Positions 10,295 to 19,645 of a DNA stretch of 64,000 bases are shown here, one piece after another; position 1 is the first letter of the stretch, and every line of letters starts with the position of its first letter. The notes under the pieces are model-generated. The model had not been told where the DNA came from. It did not search any database and saw only the letters and a program-made list of their open reading frames with translations. A program made the position numbers and the translations under genes. The stretch spans positions 11,228-75,227 of the forward strand of contig JAMOUX010000025.1 in NCBI GenBank assembly GCA_027067855.1, given 5' to 3'. Source of the DNA: Candidatus Fermentibacteraceae bacterium. GTDB taxonomy: Bacteria > Fermentibacterota > Fermentibacteria > Fermentibacterales > JCC-6.

Positions 10295-11368
10295 ATGGCC
10301 GAGCAGAAGTTGTACGATGGGGAATTCATGGAAAGATCGAAACGTATACCGGGAACCCCGGTGTTCATCGGCAGGCGCAGGATGGAAGATGTCAGGATTT
10401 CATACATCAGGTACAATCCCGACCTGTACGAGGAGAAGGAGGCATCCTCCCCGGAGGAGTGCCTGGAACTCACCGGCAAGGGTGACGTGGTATGGCTGAA
10501 CGTGACGGGAATACACGACGCGGAACTCATCGGGAAGCTCGGCGACATCTTCGGACTTCATTCCCTCACCGTGGAGGACGTGGTCAATACCATGCAAAGG
10601 CCAAAGTTCGAAGACTTCGACTCCTACCTTTTCATGATACTCAAGATGGTGGAGTACCTCCCCGGCCTGCTCGGCATGGAAACCGAACAGGTAAGCGTGA
10701 TCCTCGGCGGGGATTTCGTGATAACCTTCCAGGAAAAACCCGGAGACGTGTTCGACCAGGTACGGGAGAGAATACGAAACGGACGGGGAAGAATCAGGAA
10801 CGCGGGAGCCGACTTCCTGGCATACTCCCTCATCGACGCGGTGGTCGACAGTTATTTCCTCGTGCTGGAATCGCTGGGCGACCGCCTGGACGACCTGGAA
10901 GACCGGATCATGCCCGATCCGGAGCCGGACGTCATCTCCGAGATACATTCCATGAAACGGGCGGTGCTCTTCATGCGGAGGACGGTCTGGCCCCTTCGGG
11001 AGGAGATAAGCTCCCTGGAAAAGAGCGGTTCGGAACTGGTCGCGAATGAAACCTCGGTGTTCCTGAGAAACCTGTATGACCATACCGTCCAGGTGATGGA
11101 CACCATAGAAACCTACCGTGATGTGGTCTCGGGCATGCAGGACGTATATTACTCATGCATCAGCACCAGGATGAACGAAGTCATGAAGGTACTCACGGTC
11201 ATCGCTACCATATTCATCCCCCTTACGTTCATAACCGGCGTATACGGCATGAATTTCAGGAACATGCCGGAACTGTTCTGGGAGCCGGGTTACTTCGTCG
11301 CCCTGGGAGTGATGCTCCTGATCGCCCTTTCCATGCTGTTGTTTTTCAAGAAAAAGAAATGGATCTGA
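10295..11368 (+). CDS. corA: Magnesium/cobalt transporter CorA
   Basis: QRPKFE, MNEVMKVLT, YGMNF signature, two C-terminal TM helices. Confidence 0.95.
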   Translation: MAEQKLYDGEFMERSKRIPGTPVFIGRRRMEDVRISYIRYNPDLYEEKEASSPEECLELTGKGDVVWLNVTGIHDAELIGKLGDIFGLHSLTVEDVVNTMQRPKFEDFDSYLFMILKMVEYLPGLLGMETEQVSVILGGDFVITFQEKPGDVFDQVRERIRNGRGRIRNAGADFLAYSLIDAVVDSYFLVLESLGDRLDDLEDRIMPDPEPDVISEIHSMKRAVLFMRRTVWPLREEISSLEKSGSELVANETSVFLRNLYDHTVQVMDTIETYRDVVSGMQDVYYSCISTRMNEVMKVLTVIATIFIPLTFITGVYGMNFRNMPELFWEPGYFVALGVMLLIALSMLLFFKKKKWI

Positions 11369-11394
11369 AACACCGGAAACGACGGAGGTGAATC

Positions 11395-12117
11395 CTGTCT
11401 CCCGATAACGCCCGCCTGGGCAGAGGCCTGCTGGCGACGCGCACCATGCTCAGGACGGAGGAAGACCCCGTAAAGCGCAAAAAGTTGTTCAGGAAGGCCA
11501 TTCGTACGCTGGTCCGGTTGGGAGACCTGGAGGAGGCCCGGAAAACAGCCTCGGAACTCTCCTCCGAATACCCGGACTGGCAGGCGGCATGGTCAATGGC
11601 CGCGGATATAGCCTGTCGTTCCGGCAAATGGGAAGAAGCCGAGAGACTCTTCGAAAAGGCCGCCGCCATGCATGCGGAAGCCGGCGACAGGGAAGCCGCT
11701 TCCAGGCTAAGGACCGGCCCGCTTTTCATCCTGGCCGAAGCGAGAAAAGACTATGCCAGGTGTGAAGAACTCTGCAGGAACGGCGGAGAAACGGCCAAGG
11801 TGCTCACCGCCAGGTCCCGGAGACTGGCGGGAAAACCTCCGACCGGCGAAATACCCCATTGCAGGGAACGGCTGGCTTCGAAACTGGCCGTGCTGGAGAA
11901 TGCCTGGAAGGGCAGAGGCCTGGGAAGGCTTGCAGTGATGGCCGCCGAGTGGGGAAGCGACGAACCCGAATGGCGATGGCGTTTCGTAGTGGAGGGAATA
12001 CACCTGTGGAAGAAGCGCGGCATGGAAACGCGCAAGTGGAGAAAAGCGATACGCGGGACCGTTCCGCCGGTACTGGATCCCAGGTTCGACGAGGAATGGA
12101 GGATACTGCGAAGATGA
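11395..12117 (+). CDS. TPR-like repeat protein
   Basis: TPR-like helices ([21 protein letters not shown]); start either CTG 11395 behind GGAGGTG or ATG 11446; ATGA overlap with queF. Confidence 0.65.
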   Translation: MSPDNARLGRGLLATRTMLRTEEDPVKRKKLFRKAIRTLVRLGDLEEARKTASELSSEYPDWQAAWSMAADIACRSGKWEEAERLFEKAAAMHAEAGDREAASRLRTGPLFILAEARKDYARCEELCRNGGETAKVLTARSRRLAGKPPTGEIPHCRERLASKLAVLENAWKGRGLGRLAVMAAEWGSDEPEWRWRFVVEGIHLWKKRGMETRKWRKAIRGTVPPVLDPRFDEEWRILRR

Positions 12118-12524
12118 CCGACAGAAAGGATCTCGAGGGACTCACCATCCTGGGGGAGACCGGTGTCCCCTCGAAAAAGCTGGAGACTTTCCCCAATCAC
12201 GATCCGGAAAGGGAATACACGGTAAGGCTGACCACCGACGAATTCACCTGCATCTGCCCCAAAACCGGGCAGCCCGATTTCGCCGCCCTGACCATCGAGT
12301 ACATTCCCGGCGGGAAAATCCTCGAGTCGAAATCGCTGAAACTCTACCTCTGGTCATACAGAAACGAGGGTATCTTCCACGAACACGTCACCAACAGGAT
12401 TCTTGACGACCTGGTCGCAGCCCTGGAACCGCGATGGTGCAGGGTAACCGCCGACTTCGCTATAAGGGGAGGAATCTCGATAACCGTTGAAGCCGAGCAT
12501 CGGGCGCCTGCCGGGGAAGCATAG
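12114..12524 (+). CDS. queF: preQ1 synthase (7-cyano-7-deazaguanine reductase), short type I
   Basis: [34 protein letters not shown] 12114 with upstream GGAGG. Confidence 0.95.
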   Translation: MTDRKDLEGLTILGETGVPSKKLETFPNHDPEREYTVRLTTDEFTCICPKTGQPDFAALTIEYIPGGKILESKSLKLYLWSYRNEGIFHEHVTNRILDDLVAALEPRWCRVTADFAIRGGISITVEAEHRAPAGEA

Positions 12525-12563
12525 ACATCGGCAAACGCCGGAAAAATCGGACGACCCCGGCGG

Positions 12564-13352
12564 TCAGCTTGAATTCCGAACCTTCTTCATTCTCCCGATC
12601 ATCGCGTAAGCGGCCTTCCTGCCCGAAAGGAGCATTCCTCCGAATATCGGACCCATTCTGTAACCGCCCCCCGCGGCACAAGCGCTCATTCCGCTGACGA
12701 AAAGCCCGGGATACACCTCCCCGGTGAACTCCACCGTGTTTCTCTCGCCGAGTTCGACGTTCAGGCTTCTCTCACCCGGAACACCGCTGGAAACGGTGGA
12801 CAGCTCCACCTCGTTCTTCCGGGCGAGGCGCGTGGCTATCTCGGCCGGATGCCCGGTGGCGTCCAGCACCGCCGATGCCATGGTCATGAGCGGGTCCACC
12901 ATCATCCCTCTCCGCAACACCGGGGACCAGTTGACCACCACGCCGCTGACCTCGTTTTCACCGTTGAACACCAGGTCCTCCACGGTCATGCAGTTGAATA
13001 TTCTCGCACCCGAGCGGCAAGCCCTGTTTATGAGCGCCGCCGTGGCCTGAACGGAATCGGCGACGTAACCTCCCCCGCCTGTCGGGGATAGCTCAATACC
13101 GGACTCGACCGCAATGGGTTCCGCTTCCTCCTCTATCAGTATCTTATTGAACATCATGGCTCCGCCCCACATCCCGCCCCCGGGGGCCGTGTTCTTCTCG
13201 TAGAGATTCACGGAATAGCCTTCTTCCGCGATGATCGCCGCGGCCAGCAGTCCGGAAGGGCCGCCTCCGACCACGGCGGCGTCCGCCTCGAGACTTTTCA
13301 TCAGCTTTTCGAAATATGAACTTATGATCTTGGAACTTACAAAGGATTCCAC
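12564..13352 (-). CDS. thi4: Thiazole synthase Thi4, non-Cys (sulfide-dependent) type
   Basis: GGGPSG, GGGMWGG, VDPL, DATGH, YPGLFVSGM, RMGPIFGGM; GTG start at 13352 after AAGGAG; upstream TPP riboswitch. Confidence 0.92.
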   Translation of the reverse strand: MESFVSSKIISSYFEKLMKSLEADAAVVGGGPSGLLAAAIIAEEGYSVNLYEKNTAPGGGMWGGAMMFNKILIEEEAEPIAVESGIELSPTGGGGYVADSVQATAALINRACRSGARIFNCMTVEDLVFNGENEVSGVVVNWSPVLRRGMMVDPLMTMASAVLDATGHPAEIATRLARKNEVELSTVSSGVPGERSLNVELGERNTVEFTGEVYPGLFVSGMSACAAGGGYRMGPIFGGMLLSGRKAAYAMIGRMKKVRNSS

Positions 13353-13397
13353 CGGTACTCCTTTCGATGCAACCCGGAAAGCAAGCACTGGAAATCC

Positions 13398-13478
13398 GGA
13401 ACTTCCCTACGCCGGCATTATCCGGATCAGGTCATACGGGTCTGCTCTCAGCCGTCCTGCGGACAGCACCCCATGTCG
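13398..13478 (-). ncRNA. TPP riboswitch
   Basis: Minus strand reads GGGGTGC...GGCTGAGAG...ACCCG...GACCTGATCCGGATAATGCCGGCGTAGGGAAG, the THI-box consensus, directly upstream of thi4. Confidence 0.95.
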
Positions 13479-13546
13479 AACGTGCGAAATCACCCTTGTC
13501 GACTATGTCGAATGAATCACCGTGAGCAAAGCCGGCGGTGTTTCAG

Positions 13547-14341
13547 CTACTCCCTGCACCACTGGTACGAGGCGTACGCCGTATGGTTGTGAATACTCTC
13601 GAAACTCTCGGCCCTGACCCTGAACCACGATATTCTCGGATCTTCCCTGAAATTCTCCGAGACGTTCCGGACCATGTCCTCCACGAAGACGGGATTGTCA
13701 TAAGCCCGTTCCGTTACATACTTTTCATCCGGCCTCTTGAGAAGGGAATACAGAGGGGAGGAAGCGGAACGCTCCGCCACCTCAACCAGTTCTTCTATCC
13801 ACACCATCACCGGCGAACCGTCGTTACCGGTTACGCTGCGCACCTCCATGGTTATCCTGGCCCGCTGGTTGTGTGCGCCGCGACCGCTTATCTCCCTGCT
13901 GCATGGACACAGGCTCGTTACCGGCACCGAGACGCACAGGACGAAATCATCGCCCCGGGGACCGGTGGAACTTCTGAATGCACACCGGTAATCCATTTTC
14001 GACACGGCACCGGTAACCGGCGCCTTTCTCTCCATGAAGTAGGGGAACTCCACGGTCATCCTCGCCGCCCTGGCATCCAGGACGGTTTTCAGTTCCTCCA
14101 GGATCACCGGTATCGTGTACCCGTCCAGATCCCCGGAATGTCTCTCCAGTACTTCCAGAAACCTGCTCATGTGAGTTCCCCTGAACCTGTGCGGCAACTC
14201 CACGGACATGGATATGGCGGCCACGGTGCGCTGCCTCTCCCTGCTCCTGTCAAGTATGGTCACGGGATAGAGCAGATCCTTCACACCCGCTTCTTCCAGG
14301 GTGATGTTCCTGTCGTCCCTGCCGTTCTGTACGTCCGTCAT
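13547..14341 (-). CDS. folE2: GTP cyclohydrolase IB (FolE2)
   Basis: DVQ, RGTHMSRF, TSLCPCS, GAHNQR, LLKRPDEK, PVFVED, ESIHNH. Confidence 0.95.
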   Translation of the reverse strand: MTDVQNGRDDRNITLEEAGVKDLLYPVTILDRSRERQRTVAAISMSVELPHRFRGTHMSRFLEVLERHSGDLDGYTIPVILEELKTVLDARAARMTVEFPYFMERKAPVTGAVSKMDYRCAFRSSTGPRGDDFVLCVSVPVTSLCPCSREISGRGAHNQRARITMEVRSVTGNDGSPVMVWIEELVEVAERSASSPLYSLLKRPDEKYVTERAYDNPVFVEDMVRNVSENFREDPRISWFRVRAESFESIHNHTAYASYQWCRE

Positions 14342-14342
14342 C

Positions 14343-14708
14343 CTACTCTCCACGGTACCTGCAGCCTGAAGATCCGGTCTCGTTCACTTCCACCATGCTC
14401 AACTCGGGCAGCCCGGGTTTCAGCCTGTTCCAAAGCCACACGGCGAGATTCTCGCTGGTGGGATTCTCCAAGCCCGGAACGTCATTGAGCAGGGAATGAT
14501 CGAGTTCGTCGATCACCGGCCGGCATATCTTCGCAATCTCTCCGAAATCCCTTATCCACCCGGTTTCTCCGTCTACTTTCCCCTCCAGCCACACCACTAC
14601 CCTGAAAGTGTGCCCGTGAATTCTGCCGCACCTGTGGCCGGGCTCCAGCCGGGGCAACCGGTGGGCGGCGTCGAACTTGAAAACCCTGAATATCTCCATG
14701 CTGCTCAT
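14343..14708 (-). CDS. queD: 6-carboxytetrahydropterin synthase QueD
   Basis: FDAAHRL, CGRIHGH, LDHSLLND, NPTSEN, ET. Confidence 0.95.
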   Translation of the reverse strand: MSSMEIFRVFKFDAAHRLPRLEPGHRCGRIHGHTFRVVVWLEGKVDGETGWIRDFGEIAKICRPVIDELDHSLLNDVPGLENPTSENLAVWLWNRLKPGLPELSMVEVNETGSSGCRYRGE

Positions 14709-14712
14709 CTCC

Positions 14713-15324
14713 CTACGGCAATCCCGTAAATCTCTGCGTCTGGAGGCTCAGTCTCCACCGGGGATGGGCCAGGCAGTATTCCACCACCCGTTCGAGGTTC
14801 TTTCCGTAATCACTTCCCCATACGGGTTGAAGGTAGAAGTACGTGAAATCCAGTTCCAGGTACCTCTCCAGGTCCGGGAACTCGTCGATCCGAAAGGGTA
14901 CCTTCAGTTCGTCGCCCTTTTCCACCACGGGCATCGCTCCGTTTTTCGGACTCACGCAGAGGAAATCCACTCCCGGAGGAGGGCGCATGGTTCCGTTGGT
15001 CTCCAGCAAAACCCTGAAACCCTCACGGTGAAAAGTCTCCAGCAAGGCCCGGTCCAGTTGCAGGAGGGGCTCGCCCCCGGTACACAGGACCGTCCTAGAA
15101 GAAGCCGGGCCCTTCCAGGTCTTCAGCGCTCTCCAAACCAGGGAACCGGCGTCGGGAAAGACTCCTCCCCCGGGACCGTCGGTACCTTCGAAGTCGGTAT
15201 CGCAATAAGAACAGGATAGGTTGCAACCTTCGAAACGGCAAAGCACTACCACCGTACCGGTATTGGAACCCTCTCCCTGTATCGTATATACCATTTCCTT
15301 AACCCTGTACACCCGGCCGCTCAC
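14713..15324 (-). CDS. queE: 7-carboxy-7-deazaguanine synthase QueE (radical SAM)
   Basis: TIQGEG, CNLSCSYCDT, TGGEPLLQ, ETNGT, VSPK, WRLSLQT. Confidence 0.93.
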   Translation of the reverse strand: MSGRVYRVKEMVYTIQGEGSNTGTVVVLCRFEGCNLSCSYCDTDFEGTDGPGGGVFPDAGSLVWRALKTWKGPASSRTVLCTGGEPLLQLDRALLETFHREGFRVLLETNGTMRPPPGVDFLCVSPKNGAMPVVEKGDELKVPFRIDEFPDLERYLELDFTYFYLQPVWGSDYGKNLERVVEYCLAHPRWRLSLQTQRFTGLP

Positions 15325-16016
15325 CCCCGGTAGGGCGCCGGGTCGGGAACTCCGGCTTCCCGAAAACCCCCGAGCCTAAGGATGCATGAATCGCACGAAC
15401 CGCAATGCCTGCCCTTATCATCGGGTCTGTAACAGCTAAGGGTCAACGAATAATCCACTCCCAGTGCGAGTCCCTTCCTGATTATCTCACCCTTGGACAT
15501 ATCCAGGAGGGGGGCGCGAATCCTGATCGGCCTCCCTTCCACCCCTTCCCTGGTGGCCAATTCCGCAAGGCGCCTGAAGGCTTCCAGGAATTCGGGCCTG
15601 CAATCGGGATACCCGCTGTAATCCACAGAGTTAACCCCTATGAATACGTCCCTGGAGCCTATGGACTCCGCCAGGGCCAGGGCCATCGCCAGGAAAACCG
15701 TGTTACGGGCCGGAACATACGTGGAGGGGATCCCCCCGGAGTCACCGCCGGGGTCGCCGTCGGGAACCTTTCCCCTTCCCGTAAGGGAGGAGCCGCTGAA
15801 CAACCTGGGATCCAACTCCGACACCACGTGGTCTTCCACACCGGCTCTTTCCGCCACCAAGGCCGCGGCCCGCAGTTCCGGGAGACTCACCTGCCCGTAC
15901 CCGAAAGAAAGAGCGTGAACCCGAAAACCGGCATCCAACGCTATGTACAGCGCCGTGGCGGAATCCAGGCCGCCGCTCAACAGGACCACCGCCCTGCCGT
16001 TCCCCGAACCCTTCAT
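15321..16016 (-). CDS. queC: 7-cyano-7-deazaguanine synthase QueC
   Basis: SGGLDS PP-loop, YVPARN, YPDCR, SCY...CGSCDSC. Confidence 0.96.
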   Translation of the reverse strand: MKGSGNGRAVVLLSGGLDSATALYIALDAGFRVHALSFGYGQVSLPELRAAALVAERAGVEDHVVSELDPRLFSGSSLTGRGKVPDGDPGGDSGGIPSTYVPARNTVFLAMALALAESIGSRDVFIGVNSVDYSGYPDCRPEFLEAFRRLAELATREGVEGRPIRIRAPLLDMSKGEIIRKGLALGVDYSLTLSCYRPDDKGRHCGSCDSCILRLGGFREAGVPDPAPYRG

Positions 16017-16078
16017 GGAACCTCCCCGTGGAAACCCGCTTGATCCCCGTCCCCGTACTTACGGAAATATAACCGGGA

Positions 16079-16729
16079 TCATTTCTCCAGGGGTTTGTGG
16101 CAGAACCACCAATCGAAGCACTCGTATTCCCGGAGCCTCTTCCGGGCGTCTTCCACGGTACCGGCGGGCGGAACTATTATCCTGTCGCCTATCAATTCGT
16201 TATTCGGCCAGCCGGCCGGCACGGCGCCCTGCTCGTCGGAAACCCGGAGAGCCCTCACCGCCCTGACTATCTCGTCCATGTTCCTGCCGACTTCCTGGGG
16301 ATAATACATTATGAGCCTGACGATCCCCCGGGAATCCACTACGAAGACCGCGCGTACCGTATTCGTTCCCTTGCCGGGATGAAGCATTCCCAGTTTCATT
16401 GCCATGGAATCGTTCGCGGCGATTATGGGAAATTCTATGTCTACATCCAGCTCGGATTTTATCCACTCGATCCACTTGATGTGCGAAAAGACCTGGTCGA
16501 CGGACATCCCGATCAGCCTGCAACCCAGTTCCCTGAATTCCCCGTACCTTTTCTGGAAAGCTACGAACTCCGTGGTGCACACCGGTGTGAAATCGGCGGG
16601 GTGGCTGAACAGCACGAACCAATCTCCCTTCAAATCGCCGGGAATTCTCATGGGTCCGTGAGTGGTCTGAACCCGGATATCCGGAAAGGGATCTCCAAGC
16701 AGCGGCATGTTCGGTCTGTTTTCTTCCAT
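16079..16729 (-). CDS. Peroxiredoxin (Prx6/archaeal-like)
   Basis: [25 protein letters not shown]-terminal CFDWWFC. Confidence 0.93.
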   Translation of the reverse strand: MEENRPNMPLLGDPFPDIRVQTTHGPMRIPGDLKGDWFVLFSHPADFTPVCTTEFVAFQKRYGEFRELGCRLIGMSVDQVFSHIKWIEWIKSELDVDIEFPIIAANDSMAMKLGMLHPGKGTNTVRAVFVVDSRGIVRLIMYYPQEVGRNMDEIVRAVRALRVSDEQGAVPAGWPNNELIGDRIIVPPAGTVEDARKRLREYECFDWWFCHKPLEK

Positions 16730-16973
16730 TTTTTCCTCCCTTGATTTCAAGACGCTCCGGATGATGAACCCGCAGGATGATCATACGTTCCCGGAGTATA
16801 CCCGCATGATCACCGCTTCACCTTCGACGAATCCTTCCATGGCTTTCCCGATCCGACCGCCGGAGGCCCCGGGTACACAATACGTAATGAACTCTCCCGA
16901 GTCATCCGCATGTACATGCCCGGTTGCATTATTATCTTTATCCGGAAACATCAACCTGGAAGAAAAGGCGGCC

Positions 16974-18089
16974 TTGTCAGACGACGGATACGCAAGCCGG
17001 GAAGAACGGGAACCCGCACCCGGGAATTTACAGGGAACCGATATAAGAAGGGGACTCTACATCTTCTTTTTCCTGACCGTGGCGGCGTTGTTGGGAATAT
17101 TCCTCTATACCAACACCGGGAATACTCTCAGTGCGTTGAAACGGATCAGGACGGATTATCTTATCCTGGTCCTTGGCCTCTCCGCCGTCGACATACTATT
17201 GGGAGCCGCGAGAAATCACATCTATTTCATGGCCATGGAAAAGCCCATCTCCTTTATGACCAGCATAAAAGCCAACCTCGCGAACATTTTTATGGGGGCG
17301 GTCACTCCCTCCCAGAGCGCCGGGGGACCGGCCCAGCTCTTCGTCTACCACAACGCCGGAGCCTCCGTTGGAAAAGCGATATCGGTGGGCGTACTGAATC
17401 TCCTGGCCACCATGATATTTTTCACCGTATCCGCCGGCTTTTCCGCCGCGGTGCTGGGCGATTCCTTCAATCCTCTGATAAGCGGAGTACTCTACTTCTG
17501 TCTCGGGGTATTCCTGTTGCAACTTGCGGTATACGTGTTTGCCGTGTTTAAACCGGAAACGGCGGTCAGGGCGGCGGAGACGATTTCCGGAGTCCTCGCC
17601 GGGAAGTTTCCCAGGTTCAGGAAGAGGATAATGGATGTCTTCGTGAAAGTCGCCTCGGAACTTACGGTGTACAGGCAATCGTGCTCGGCCTTTCTCGGAA
17701 AGAAGATATACGTTCCAGCGGCGGCGGTGGTGCTGACTTTCGTACTCTACTTCAACAAGTTTCTCATGGCCTACTTCATAATGAAGGGCATCGGAGAATC
17801 GGGGGATTTTCTCACGGTGGTATGCATACAGGCCCTGGTGCTGTTCATTTCCTACTACTCCATAAGCCCCGGGGCCGGCGGCATCGCGGAACTATCCATC
17901 GCGACGCTCATGGCGCCGATCATCGGGAAGGATTCTCTGGTGATATTCACGGTGCTCCAGAGATTCTTCATCCTCTATCTCCCGGGACTCCTGGGAGCCA
18001 TGGTGGTGTACGGGGAATTCAGGAAGAAGGGAAGGATTTTCCCCCGGATGAGAGGCCGTTCCGGAAACACCTCGCCTCCGGTCGATTGA
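16974..18089 (+). CDS. Lysylphosphatidylglycerol synthase TM-domain (flippase-like, UPF0104) membrane protein
   Basis: Multiple TM helices; TPSQSAGGP and SPGAGGIAE motifs; start approximate (TTG 16974). Confidence 0.8.
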   Translation: MSDDGYASREEREPAPGNLQGTDIRRGLYIFFFLTVAALLGIFLYTNTGNTLSALKRIRTDYLILVLGLSAVDILLGAARNHIYFMAMEKPISFMTSIKANLANIFMGAVTPSQSAGGPAQLFVYHNAGASVGKAISVGVLNLLATMIFFTVSAGFSAAVLGDSFNPLISGVLYFCLGVFLLQLAVYVFAVFKPETAVRAAETISGVLAGKFPRFRKRIMDVFVKVASELTVYRQSCSAFLGKKIYVPAAAVVLTFVLYFNKFLMAYFIMKGIGESGDFLTVVCIQALVLFISYYSISPGAGGIAELSIATLMAPIIGKDSLVIFTVLQRFFILYLPGLLGAMVVYGEFRKKGRIFPRMRGRSGNTSPPVD

Positions 18090-18310
18090 AACGGCGATCC
18101 GATCCGTGAACATGCCCCTTATTCCTACATCACGCCTGCGTAGAAACAGTGTCCGCGGTTCAGGTCGAACCCTCCGGATCGAAAGATTCCACCCATGACA
18201 GGCGCACTTACCAACCGGGGGGATTCCCACCCGTAAAAGATCCTTCCGGGCGGGAAAACAAGGTAACGGGAGTCCTCTCCCGGTTCATACCCTCGGGAAC
18301 GTGCAGACTA

Positions 18311-18339
18311 TTGCATTACGCCCTCCTGCACGGTAGATT
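18311..18339 (+). promoter_or_regulatory. Putative sigma70 promoter of DUF1015 operon
   Basis: TTGCAT-17 nt-TAGATT. Confidence 0.45.
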
Positions 18340-18409
18340 TCCCGGGAGGTCCCGGATTGGGAACCGTTGGAAACCTAATCATCCACCCAGCAATACACTG
18401 GAGGCTGCC

Positions 18410-19645
18410 ATGGTTACAGTAAGGCCTTTCAAGGGACTCCGCCCCGTGAAGGAACTGGCGGAAAAGATCGCTTCTCCTCCCTATGACGTACTCGACTCGG
18501 ACGAGGCACGAAAGATCGTCGCCGGGAACCCTCTCAGCTTTCTCAGGGTAGTAAAGCCCGAGGTGGACCTGGATCCCTCGATAGACCTTTACGACCCCGA
18601 GGTCTACAGCACGGGGGCGAAAAATTTGAAGCGCCTCATGGAAGAGGGCAGGATGGTGCAGGACGGGAAACCGATGTTCTACCTGTACAGGCAGGTGATG
18701 GGCGATCATTCGCAGGTGGGCCTCGTGGCCACGGTTTCGGCGGAAGACTACGAGAAGAATCTCATCAAAAAACACGAATTCACCAGAAAAGCCAAGGAGG
18801 AGGACAGGGTACGTCACATAGAAGCACAAAACGCCCAGTGCGGTCCGGTGTTTCTCACCTACCACGATGTGCCCGAATTCGACTCCATACAGAAAAAGGT
18901 CTGCAAGGGCGAACCGGAATATGATTTCACTTCTCCCGACGGCATCAGGCACACTTTCTGGTTGGTGGATGACGATGTCGACATCCGGACTATAAGGGAA
19001 CTATTCGGGGGAATCGACGCCCTTTACGTAGCCGACGGCCATCACCGCAGCGCCGCCGGAACCATCGTGGCGCAGAGAAGAAGAAAGAACAACCCAAATC
19101 ATACGGGAAACGAGGAGTACAATTTCTTCCTGGCGGTCATCTTCCCGAAAAGCCAGATGAAGATTCTCGCGTACAACAGAGTGGTGAGCGATCTCGGCGA
19201 CCTTTCCTCCGCCGACTTCCTGTCCGAAATAGGAACCAGGTTCCACCTTGCGGAAAATGCTTCCCCGGCCCCCGTGAAAAGGCTGAATTATTCGATGTAT
19301 CTCGACGGCAAGTGGTACGGCCTCTCGCCCAAGGAAGGCACTTATCCGCCGGACCATCCGGTGAAGAGCCTGGATGCAAGCATACTCCAGGAGAATCTCC
19401 TGGGACCGATCCTGGGAATAGAAGATCCCAGGACCAGCGACAGGATAAACTTCATAGGCGGCATCCGGGGCACCGATTACCTGGAAGAACTGGTGGATTC
19501 GGGAAAGTACCGGGTGGCCTTTTCCCTGTACCCGACTTCCATCGACCAGCTGATGACCGTGGCGGACAGCGGCAACGTGATGCCTCCCAAGTCCACCTGG
19601 TTCGAACCGAAGCTGCGCAGCGGCCTGGTGGTGCATCTGCTATGA
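18410..19645 (+). CDS. DUF1015 family protein
   Basis: PFKGLRP, PPYDV, KHEFT, YVADGHHR, MPPKSTWFEPKLRSGL; GGAGG before ATG 18410. Confidence 0.9.
   Translation: MVTVRPFKGLRPVKELAEKIASPPYDVLDSDEARKIVAGNPLSFLRVVKPEVDLDPSIDLYDPEVYSTGAKNLKRLMEEGRMVQDGKPMFYLYRQVMGDHSQVGLVATVSAEDYEKNLIKKHEFTRKAKEEDRVRHIEAQNAQCGPVFLTYHDVPEFDSIQKKVCKGEPEYDFTSPDGIRHTFWLVDDDVDIRTIRELFGGIDALYVADGHHRSAAGTIVAQRRRKNNPNHTGNEEYNFFLAVIFPKSQMKILAYNRVVSDLGDLSSADFLSEIGTRFHLAENASPAPVKRLNYSMYLDGKWYGLSPKEGTYPPDHPVKSLDASILQENLLGPILGIEDPRTSDRINFIGGIRGTDYLEELVDSGKYRVAFSLYPTSIDQLMTVADSGNVMPPKSTWFEPKLRSGLVVHLL

Noticed and set aside
11859..12113. N-terminal extensions in the ORF track (queF, DUF1015, gltX, nth, ispG, glnA, vanZ, flippase)
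   Set aside because: They overlap neighbouring genes or promoters; homology and SD placement support the downstream starts
3119..16016. Possible Dpd-type 7-deazaguanine DNA modification/defence island (que genes near a helicase and nuclease)
   Set aside because: No dpdA/tgt paralog or dpdB/C; the helicase-nuclease pair has ordinary AddAB features; queF points to tRNA queuosine
16017..16078. preQ1 riboswitch upstream of queC
   Set aside because: Inverted repeats exist (TGATCCC/GGGATCA) but there is no preQ1 loop consensus or A-rich tail
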